A stretch of DNA of 32,000 bases, taken from positions 1,590,001-1,622,000 of the forward strand of contig NC_014833.1 of assembly GCF_000179635.2 (NCBI RefSeq), in the 5' to 3' direction. The notes beneath the pieces are model-generated. The model did no database searches and was not told the origin of the DNA. It worked only from the letters and a program-made list of their open reading frames with translations. Position 1 is the first letter of the stretch. The number at the start of each line of letters is the position of its first letter. Source of the stretch: Ruminococcus albus 7 = DSM 20455 (GTDB taxonomy: Bacteria; Bacillota; Clostridia; Oscillospirales; Ruminococcaceae). Positions 24,607 to 31,858 of the stretch are shown piece by piece. The translations under genes and the position numbers were made by a program.

Positions 24607-26058
24607 ATGATGTTAATAAGACGCATTCTGTTTAACAGGCTAATATCGTTGATGTTAGTTGTCTCGATTTTGCTTATGACCGTTGGTTGCTCTAATGCAC
24701 CGCCAACTCCTACTATTTCAGATGCAAATCCGCAGACGGTTACGGAGAACATTGAGGTTGAAAACATTATTACAGAGGATATACTCCATGAGTTTATCAC
24801 AACTGAGGTCTATTTGCAGGAATTTGTCATAGCCGAAGATAAAATTACAGAGTTGTTGCTGGAAGAAGATATGATCGATGAAGTAACAATGTGTAAGACT
24901 ATCTATGTACCTCAAGAACATCTTGAAGACTTTTCTGAGAACAGCCAAACAGCGCAAATATTTGGTGATGGAGTTGATATTAAATCAGTACTAACAAAAG
25001 TAGCGATAGGTACTGGTGTAATTGTCACACTTGCTGTTGTAAAAAAAGTTGGTGTTCCTAAGCCAATCGCCAGCCTTGTTGTAGCCGCTGCTGATGAATC
25101 TCTTCAGTTTGCAAAATCAGGTGCTGTGGTCGGAACAGTGTTTGGAGCTTTTACTGGTGCTGGCAATGAAATCGATGAGACTGGACGAATAGCTGCTGTA
25201 ACCGGGTTTGCATTGGCTACTGTTGGAATGATTGTATCAATTGTTTCTTTGGTCGGTGCAATTCCTTCCGGTGGAACATCGAGCGTGGGTGTCGCAGAAG
25301 GAGTACACTTAGCTTGGGCAGGTGTGAAAGTTCTGCTCGCAACGGCAGGAATGGTATATACCACAAAAGATACTATCAAAGCATTTACATCTACTGATGC
25401 CGCCGATATTGATTGGAACAATATTGATTGGGAAAAAGTAGGAGTTTCAGCAGCTCAAAAAGCAGTTGAAAATGGTGCGGACGGCTATATGTGGGGAGCT
25501 ATATACGGAGCAATTGACGGCACAATAGAAGAATATTATCATAAGTATAGCACACCATACACCAAATATAATGATCGTTTGAAGCAAGTTCCTAAAGATG
25601 GCAAAAAAGGAAAATGGACAGGAAAAAGGGGCGAATCGGATTTTGTCCTTAACGAACCAATAGAGCTTCCAGACGGAACAAAAATTACAAAAGTTACATA
25701 TCAGAATGCAGTACCGGATTTTTCTCCCTATGCTAAAGCAGAGGTGAAAATACCGAGAATGACCGATAAACGATTAGGAACAGGCGGCAACTATGAACAA
25801 GCTGACCAAGCTCTTGCTGAATATTGGACAAAGATTAAGTATAACTTCGATGCAGTGAACAATGTCACTACATACGAATTTACAGCTAATGCATCTAAAA
25901 CATCAGTCGATCAGGAATGTGTTATCCAGTTTGTCCCGAACGCAGTTGGTGAAGTTCCGATGACACTTGTATTCGATGATAATGTTGATCCTTCATATGA
26001 TAAACAGAGTACTCTGATATTTGTAGAGAAAAAAGAAGAAAAGACGGAGGAAGAGTAA
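24607..26058 (+). CDS. Membrane-anchored polymorphic-toxin-like protein: signal/lipobox-like N-terminus, Gly-rich hydrophobic central region, N-terminal half of an HNH/EndoVII-type nuclease toxin domain, unrelated acidic tail
   Basis: AGGGG RBS precedes ATG 24607/24610. The lipobox-like segment is LLMTVGCS. WTGKRGESDFVLNEPIELPDGTKITKVTYQNAVPDFSPYAKAEVKIPRMTDKRLGTGGNYEQADQALAEYW matches the pre-catalytic half of LXG/colicin-DNase-like toxins as I remember them. No ..TWH(H/E)...H.GG catalytic half follows. Confidence 0.65.
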   Translation: MMLIRRILFNRLISLMLVVSILLMTVGCSNAPPTPTISDANPQTVTENIEVENIITEDILHEFITTEVYLQEFVIAEDKITELLLEEDMIDEVTMCKTIYVPQEHLEDFSENSQTAQIFGDGVDIKSVLTKVAIGTGVIVTLAVVKKVGVPKPIASLVVAAADESLQFAKSGAVVGTVFGAFTGAGNEIDETGRIAAVTGFALATVGMIVSIVSLVGAIPSGGTSSVGVAEGVHLAWAGVKVLLATAGMVYTTKDTIKAFTSTDAADIDWNNIDWEKVGVSAAQKAVENGADGYMWGAIYGAIDGTIEEYYHKYSTPYTKYNDRLKQVPKDGKKGKWTGKRGESDFVLNEPIELPDGTKITKVTYQNAVPDFSPYAKAEVKIPRMTDKRLGTGGNYEQADQALAEYWTKIKYNFDAVNNVTTYEFTANASKTSVDQECVIQFVPNAVGEVPMTLVFDDNVDPSYDKQSTLIFVEKKEEKTEEE

Positions 26059-26633
26059 TGACAGGCTATTGGATCAGGCACAGAGCCTTATTATCAATAA
26101 TCCTGAGTGCTGTCATTGCTGTAGTAGCCGGACTGTTGTTTGTGTTCCCGTTTATTTCTCAGATTGCGGATAACTATAATTCGCAGAGCGTTTATAAAAA
26201 CACAAATATTGACTTTATCGCTCCTGAGCCGTCTTTTGAGCAGATAAGCGAATTGCCTGGGAGCAATGGGATTGATAAGGTGTTCCCCTTCTTTCTGACT
26301 AAAACTGCTGTAAACGCAGGCGGTAATTCGAGGACAACAACAGTTCTGCTGAGTGACCGCTTTGAAAACGTCGATATTACGATAGCTTGTAATTTTCGCA
26401 GGCTTGTAATGCTCGGATTTGAGAAGAAAAAGCTGAATCAAGCGTATCATAGTTATATATGTAGGTCAGGAGTCATTACTATAATATTCGCTTTTGCCCT
26501 ATCAAGCATAGTATTCCTATTCGCTGATATTACAGCTATTAGAATAATACTTGTAATATGGATACCGTTGATCGAGCTGATAACACTATTTACAGCGGCT
26601 ACAATAATCAATAGACGGTTATGGAGGAAATAA
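26058..26633 (+). CDS. Shortened FtsX-like ABC permease (191 aa; apparent in-frame internal deletion)
   Basis: The TAATG overlaps the upstream stop. The order is TM1, the start of an extracytoplasmic domain, then directly an FtsX-type cytoplasmic loop (RRLVMLGFEKKKLNQAY) and two TM helices. Normal FtsX/MacB permeases are about 2-4 times longer. Confidence 0.55.
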   Translation: MTGYWIRHRALLSIILSAVIAVVAGLLFVFPFISQIADNYNSQSVYKNTNIDFIAPEPSFEQISELPGSNGIDKVFPFFLTKTAVNAGGNSRTTTVLLSDRFENVDITIACNFRRLVMLGFEKKKLNQAYHSYICRSGVITIIFAFALSSIVFLFADITAIRIILVIWIPLIELITLFTAATIINRRLWRK

Positions 26634-26635
26634 TC

Positions 26636-27400
26636 ATGGAAAGCATTATCAGCATAAATAACCTATCAATACAGCTCAAACAACGGGTGTTGATGCAGAA
26701 CATTTCCTTTGATGTCGGCAGCGGTGAAGTAGTTTTGCTATCAGGCGAAAATGGTATCGGCAAAAGCTCAATCTTGAAAAGCATTATGCGTTTGGAAACA
26801 GAGGGCAAGAAAATAGGCGGAGAGATCATTCACCATAGCTTCGGAAATATCATGGCGTTAGATGATACTGAACTCCAGCGGTATCGTTCGAGTATTGCAT
26901 ACATACCACAGAAAGATGAATATTCCGAAATGGGACGCATACAGGTAAGAGATGTCATCAGTAACAGCGGTGAAGCTCATTCTGAAAGCTACATGAGCTA
27001 TTCAGAGGTCAATGACCTTATTGACGAATGGCTTCCACGCCGAGGAGATAACAGCAGAATTTTTGATGCCAAGTCTCGCCCTGGCAAATTCAGCGGTGGT
27101 GAGCAACGGCTTCTCCAAGTATTCTCTGTCATTGCAACCCGTTCAGATTCGGATTTGCTGATTATAGACGAACCGCTTAACAACCTTGACTTTGTAAACG
27201 CAAGGCATATAAGCAATCTTATCAATAAGGTTATCCACGAGAATCCGAAGATGGGCGTTTTAATGATAAGTCATTGCAGGATATTCCCGTTTATCACACG
27301 GGAACTGAAATTGACTGCTGACGGGATAAGTGAGGTTTCTAAACCATATACCTGTCATAGTTGTTTTGGTGAGCCTGATGAAAACGGATTTTATACGTAA
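26636..27400 (+). CDS. ABC transporter ATP-binding protein
   Basis: GGAGG lies 8 nt before ATG 26636. Motifs: Walker A GENGIGKSS, Q-loop YIPQ, signature FSGGEQRL, Walker B LLIIDEPLNNLD, H-loop ISHC. Confidence 0.9.
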   Translation: MESIISINNLSIQLKQRVLMQNISFDVGSGEVVLLSGENGIGKSSILKSIMRLETEGKKIGGEIIHHSFGNIMALDDTELQRYRSSIAYIPQKDEYSEMGRIQVRDVISNSGEAHSESYMSYSEVNDLIDEWLPRRGDNSRIFDAKSRPGKFSGGEQRLLQVFSVIATRSDSDLLIIDEPLNNLDFVNARHISNLINKVIHENPKMGVLMISHCRIFPFITRELKLTADGISEVSKPYTCHSCFGEPDENGFYT

Positions 27401-27409
27401 TACATACGA

Positions 27410-27452
27410 AAACAGGCAGATACCATAATAATGAAGTATCCGCCTGTTTTTT
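27410..27452 (+). terminator. Rho-independent terminator after the ABC ATPase gene
   Basis: aaacaggc-a-gatac ... gtatc-c-gcctgttt forms an 8+5 bp interrupted stem followed by a T-tract. Confidence 0.6.
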
Positions 27453-27504
27453 AATAGCTCGATGTAAAGATCTTGAGGGCAATATTATAAAGGATGAATG
27501 GTAT

Positions 27505-27747
27505 ATGACCACTCGTATCAATATCAGAAATCTGCCCAATGTTCATCACATCTGGTTCTACATAGACTCTGAGGGCAAAGTTATTTTGCACAGACCTAAC
27601 ACATCTATGGCTATCGCATTCGGAAGAAAGGGCGACAAGCTGTATGCTTATGACAAAAACGGCGAACCCCTTGATGGATTATACACCGGCAGCTCATACT
27701 TCTGGCGTTTTGATAACGGCGAGCTTATTGATACAAACTGCTTCTGA
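27505..27747 (+). CDS. Small cytoplasmic protein (80 aa), unknown function
   Basis: AAGGA RBS, no signal peptide. GDKLYAYDKNGEPLDGLYTGSSYFWRFDNGEL is reminiscent of cell-wall-binding/YG-type repeats. A strong terminator follows. Confidence 0.5.
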   Translation: MTTRINIRNLPNVHHIWFYIDSEGKVILHRPNTSMAIAFGRKGDKLYAYDKNGEPLDGLYTGSSYFWRFDNGELIDTNCF

Positions 27748-27790
27748 TAAAAGTTCGATACGCGAAGATCGGACTTGATTCCCCAAATAC

Positions 27791-27836
27791 GGATCGTGTA
27801 CGGGATAATATCCCTGCACGGTCCTTTTTATTTTTA
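27791..27836 (+). terminator. Rho-independent terminator
   Basis: ggatcgtgtacggg-ataatat-ccctgcacggtcc forms a ~13-bp stem with one bulge followed by tttttattttt. Confidence 0.7.
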
Positions 27837-27885
27837 AAGTATATTTCCACTCACTCCGATTTTTCTACCGCTCACTCTCAAAAAA

Positions 27886-27914
27886 CTGACTTTCCTGCCA
27901 CGGTGTGCTATACT
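27886..27914 (+). promoter_or_regulatory. Promoter for the lectin-peptidase gene (~170-nt leader)
   Basis: CTGACT (27886-91), a 17-nt spacer, then TATACT (27909-14). It shares the block TGACTTTCYTGCCA with the promoter at 24517. Confidence 0.5.
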
Positions 27915-28087
27915 TCAAGTACAGTCAAACAACGAGATGCAACAAACTAAAATCCGTAATTTCCAAGCAGAGCATTTGGGTAATTCACTTGATTATCAGT
28001 TCGTTCTGAACAGGAAAAAATATCGGATTTTGTAAACTGCATTTGAGTTGGAACCTAAAATTTTAAAATCTGAAAGGAAGAAACAAA

Positions 28088-29107
28088 ATGAAAACAAACA
28101 ACGTAACAGGAACAATGAAGAAGGTCATCAGCACTTTGGCAGCAACAGGCTGTATGTTCTCAATGGCAGCTGCTATACCCGCAAACAGCACAATTGGTAG
28201 TGCTGTACTTGGTAACGCAGTCGTTGCAGACGCAGCAGTTATCAGCGTAAACACAGTTGTTGACGCAAAGAACGGCAACGCAGATCTGGTACAGGGTAAA
28301 TTCTATAAATCACCTTCTCAGAATTATGTACTTGTGTTCCAAAACGACGGCAACCTCGTTATTTATCATTACAACAAGACCACTGATAAGGCATACTCAC
28401 CTATCTGGAGCTCTCAGACCGAGAACAGAGGCGGTACAAAGTGCGTTCTTCAGGGTGACGGCAACTTTGTTATCTACAGATCCGACGGAAAGCCTATCTG
28501 GAACACTCAGACAAACGGCAAAAAGGGCGCTTATCTTACAATAAGCGATGAGGGCGAGATCAAGATCACTTCCAGAAATTATAACTATGCTACCACATGG
28601 TCAAGCAAAAATAACCACGGTTACAGTATCAATCAAGGTCCGATTATAACAGATCCTGTAGACGGTCAGCTCTCTCCACATTTCCACTCAAGAGAATTTG
28701 CCTGCGATTGCGGTAATACCCATACAATTGATCAGAACCTCATCAACAAGCTGGAGCAGCTCTATACCAAACTGAACTGTTCAAAGATCATCGTAAACTC
28801 CGGTTACCGTGATCCTAATTGTTCTGTTGCAGTTGGCGGCGGTTACGATGATGCACATACCCGCGGTTTGGCAGCAGATGTCGTTTGCTATGACAAAAAC
28901 GGCAATGTGATCCCTTGCTTAACAGTTGCATGGGCAGCAGAACAGATCGGATTCACAGGCATAGGTCTGATGTACGGCGGTGCGATCCACCTTGATGTCC
29001 GCACTACCAGCAACTATAAAAACGGTCATTGGTTCGGCGATGAAAGAAAAGAATACAAAAATGACTATATTTCTACTTTCAAAAACTACGTACCACACAA
29101 AGCTTGA
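28088..29107 (+). CDS. Secreted bulb-type (MMBL) lectin domain fused to a peptidase M15 (D-Ala-D-Ala/cell-wall zinc peptidase) domain; lectin-like bacteriocin candidate
   Basis: AAAGGAAG RBS and a Sec-type signal (MKKVISTLAATGCMFSMAAAIPANS). There are two exact QxDxNxVxY motifs (FQNDGNLVIY, LQGDGNFVIY) plus a degenerate third. M15 motifs are SGYRDPNCSVAVGGGYDDAHTRGLAADV and GGAIHLDV. Confidence 0.85.
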   Translation: MKTNNVTGTMKKVISTLAATGCMFSMAAAIPANSTIGSAVLGNAVVADAAVISVNTVVDAKNGNADLVQGKFYKSPSQNYVLVFQNDGNLVIYHYNKTTDKAYSPIWSSQTENRGGTKCVLQGDGNFVIYRSDGKPIWNTQTNGKKGAYLTISDEGEIKITSRNYNYATTWSSKNNHGYSINQGPIITDPVDGQLSPHFHSREFACDCGNTHTIDQNLINKLEQLYTKLNCSKIIVNSGYRDPNCSVAVGGGYDDAHTRGLAADVVCYDKNGNVIPCLTVAWAAEQIGFTGIGLMYGGAIHLDVRTTSNYKNGHWFGDERKEYKNDYISTFKNYVPHKA

Positions 29108-29175
29108 TTAATTGCATGAATACATAAAGGAAAAGACAGGTACTTCAATAGTAAGCGTCAACCGCTAACATATGC

Positions 29176-29209
29176 TATCAAAGAAACAGGCTCACCAAGG
29201 TGAGCCTGT
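29176..29209 (-). terminator. Terminator hairpin downstream of tnpC
   Basis: acaggctcac-caag-gtgagcctgt forms a perfect 10-bp stem. On the minus strand it is followed by ttctttgat. Confidence 0.55.
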
Positions 29210-29216
29210 CTGAATA

Positions 29217-30749
29217 TCATATAGTGAATGGAAGGAGAATTGTTCCTGCCGGCTGTGAGAACAGCTCTGTCAGATACTGCTCTGTGTTCAGCCCGTTAGC
29301 CTGAGCCGTTGCAACGATTGAATACAGCGCTGCGCTTGCTTTCGCACCGTTCGCCGTATTGCTGTGCATCCAGTTCTTTCTGCCAACAGCAAAGGGCCTT
29401 ATGGCATTTTCGGCACGGTTATTGTCTATCGGAACATTCCCGTTTTCCAGAAACGTGTATAGATACGGTTTTTCATTCAGCGCATAAGCTACTGCCTTGG
29501 CAAGAGCACTCTTTCCGCTGACCTGAAGCGTTTCAAGCCACGCAAAGAAAGCATCGAGCAAAGGCTTGACCTTTGCCAGACGCTGCTCATATCTTTTCTC
29601 AGCCGTCATGCCTGACAGCAGGTTTTCTTCATGGTATATCCGCTCAAAGTATCTGACCGCTTCTGCTGCAATCGACGTTTCCTGTGCAGACTTATCCTTA
29701 GGCAGTGCATTGACGAAATACCTTCGGGCATGAGTCATGCAGCCACAGTGCTTTACACCAGTAACCACATGATATCCGCTGTATCCGTCACGCACCAGAT
29801 ATCCGTCAAAGCCTTTCAGAAACGCCTGTGCATTCTTTCCCTTGCGGGTAGGCTTGTAGTCGAAAATGACGATGCTGCGGTCATTCATCTTTCCATTGCA
29901 GTATACCCACATCTTCGATTCAGCCGTTGCCTTCCTGCCTTCCTCATGCAACACCTGTATGCGTGTCTCGTCTGCATGGACGACGTCTCCGCAAAGCAAC
30001 AGCCTGTGCATTTCCTGCACTATCGGCATACACCACTTCTCAGCTGCTGTACATACCCAGTTAGACATGGTAGCTTTCAGCAGAGGGATATGCTTTGATG
30101 CAAGATCTTTCTCCTGACGATGCAGCGGAACGGCCTTTGCATATTTTTCATAGATGATGTGCGCCAGCAGTTCCGGTGAACAGAAGCTGCCTGGTATCAT
30201 AGGCTTAGGGTACTCAGCACGGCGGATATTGCAGCGCTCGATGTCTTCAGAATGATCTGCATCGTTCTCAGGCTTTTCGCCGCACTCAGGGCATTTGTAG
30301 GTATACACGATATGTCTGCGGACATGGAACTTTGCAGGCGTGTAGACAAGTTCGTCATACGCCTTTTCCTGACCTATCTCCTTCATTTCAGAACCGCAGT
30401 TCTCACAAACGGGATGATCTTCCTTATGCTCGACTATCTCGAAATCCATTGTTTCCATCCAGTCATCGTGAGTACGCTTCTTTCTGCGTTTATGCTCAGG
30501 GACTGTGACTGACTCAGCTATGTTCTGTGTCTGCGGCTTCTCTTCCTCCGGAAACAGAGAGAGCTGTGTGCAGTTATCCAGTATGACAGAGCTTTGCTCG
30601 GTCTTGCGTCCGAACACCTGTTTTTTGAGCCAAGTCAGCTGTTCCTGTACAAAGGCAAGCTCTTCTTCAAGCACGGCAACTCTTGAACGGAGCGCAGCAT
30701 TTTCCTGTGCCATTGTCATGTCATTTTTTACTGAATTCAGCTCAGACAT
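29217..30749 (-). CDS. tnpC: IS66-family transposase TnpC
   Basis: GGAGGGAG RBS precedes the ATG giving MSELNSVKND, so the track start at 30779 is probably too early. The N-terminal leucine-zipper-like segment is LEEELAFVQEQLTWLKKQVFGRKTEQ. Zinc-finger motifs are CENCGSEM and CPECG. The DDE region looks typical of IS66. Confidence 0.9.
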   Translation of the reverse strand: MSELNSVKNDMTMAQENAALRSRVAVLEEELAFVQEQLTWLKKQVFGRKTEQSSVILDNCTQLSLFPEEEKPQTQNIAESVTVPEHKRRKKRTHDDWMETMDFEIVEHKEDHPVCENCGSEMKEIGQEKAYDELVYTPAKFHVRRHIVYTYKCPECGEKPENDADHSEDIERCNIRRAEYPKPMIPGSFCSPELLAHIIYEKYAKAVPLHRQEKDLASKHIPLLKATMSNWVCTAAEKWCMPIVQEMHRLLLCGDVVHADETRIQVLHEEGRKATAESKMWVYCNGKMNDRSIVIFDYKPTRKGKNAQAFLKGFDGYLVRDGYSGYHVVTGVKHCGCMTHARRYFVNALPKDKSAQETSIAAEAVRYFERIYHEENLLSGMTAEKRYEQRLAKVKPLLDAFFAWLETLQVSGKSALAKAVAYALNEKPYLYTFLENGNVPIDNNRAENAIRPFAVGRKNWMHSNTANGAKASAALYSIVATAQANGLNTEQYLTELFSQPAGTILLPFTI

Positions 30750-30841
30750 ACTGCTCCCTCCGTTCCTTAAACTATACATATATTATACCACAATACAAGC
30801 GAAAAAGCAAGGAAAATAGGCAAATTCTCCTTGCTTTTCGT

Positions 30842-31198
30842 TCAATAGATAAGCCCTGGTTGACCGTCTCTGATCGCTTTCGGCTGATCGATCGTCAGGC
30901 CTTCAAGCAGCCATCTTGTCTGCTGAGGTGTCAGCAGTTTTGCCTCGGTTTCATTGCGAGGCCATTGAAACTGACCGTTGTCTAAGCGCTTGTACAACAA
31001 AAGAAATCCGTCTCGCTCCCACAGGAGACCTTTTATGCGGTCACGTCGTCTGCCGCAGAACAGAAAGAGAGCGCTGCTGAACGGATCGAGTCTGAGCTGC
31101 CCCTGTATTATCATGGCAAGTCCATCAATGGAACGGCGCAGATCGGTGTAACCGGTGACGAGGTAGACCTGCTGATTTGAAGAAAGATCGTTCAGCAT
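30842..31198 (-). CDS. tnpB: IS66 Orf2 (TnpB) accessory protein
   Basis: VYLVTGYTDLRRSIDGLAMIIQGQLRLDPFSSALFLFCGRRRDRIKGLLWERDGFLLLYKRL is the hallmark IS66 TnpB sequence. Confidence 0.9.
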   Translation of the reverse strand: MLNDLSSNQQVYLVTGYTDLRRSIDGLAMIIQGQLRLDPFSSALFLFCGRRRDRIKGLLWERDGFLLLYKRLDNGQFQWPRNETEAKLLTPQQTRWLLEGLTIDQPKAIRDGQPGLIY

Positions 31199-31515
31199 AG
31201 GGCTTTCACCAGAGAGAGGAGAGTTTCGGGATCGATGTCTGACGGCAACGAGATCTGAAGATCATTTTTACCTATGTGGATCTCTGACTGACACTGCTGC
31301 TGCGGAATGTTGAGAGGAACTATGGCCGGAGCTTCAACGAACTGTTCACGGATCTTTTTCAGCCGGCAGTAGTAAGTGTTCGGCTTGATGCCGTTTTCTT
31401 CACACCACTGCTTTATGGTCAGGCCGCTTGCCTGCTGTGCTTTGATAAGTTCCGACCATTCCTGCAGGCGTACTGCCTGTCTGATCGTTGCGATCTCTGT
31501 TGTTTTATTCTGCAT
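31192..31515 (-). CDS. tnpA: IS66 Orf1 (TnpA) HTH accessory protein
   Basis: GGGAGG RBS precedes the ATG giving MQNKTTEIATIRQAV. The stop overlaps the tnpB start by 7 nt, as is usual in IS66. Confidence 0.8.
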   Translation of the reverse strand: MQNKTTEIATIRQAVRLQEWSELIKAQQASGLTIKQWCEENGIKPNTYYCRLKKIREQFVEAPAIVPLNIPQQQCQSEIHIGKNDLQISLPSDIDPETLLSLVKALC

Positions 31516-31858
31516 AATGATACCTCCCGTGTCCAACGGACTCTAATTTACTACATGGAGCTTTTTGAAGTTTTTTGGAATGTCCAATTTACTACATCAA
31601 GTTTCTTGGAGTTTATTATACATCATTGGACAACGGGAGGGAAGACGCGGGATATTTTACTCTTACTTTTGGATAATATTCAATTTACGTTACTAACCCA
31701 TTATCAAAACGAATATCGCTTGAGTTAGTTTGTGAATTGTTATACATGGTTATCCCTTTAACACACCACAGATAATTTACAATGCTGTCCAAATAAACAG
31801 ACCTCAAAACTCAGAAAATATAGTATAATAGTGACAGAAACCGAAGGGAGCTGTCGCT

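Larger units (their letters stand above)
29151..31666 (-). mobile_element. IS66-family insertion sequence (tnpA-tnpB-tnpC), ends approximate
   Basis: Three-ORF IS66 organisation. The low-coordinate end starts GTAAGCGTCAA, a typical IS66 terminus. The best match at the other end is the reverse complement of 31656-31666 (GTAAGAGTAAA). I could not find an 8-bp target duplication. Confidence 0.75.

Noticed and set aside
29143-31684. TTCAAT present near both IS66 ends as a possible target-site duplication
   Set aside because: The right-hand copy (31679-84) would move the IS end to a position with no inverted-repeat match to GTAAGCG. A 6-mer coincidence in AT-rich DNA is likely.
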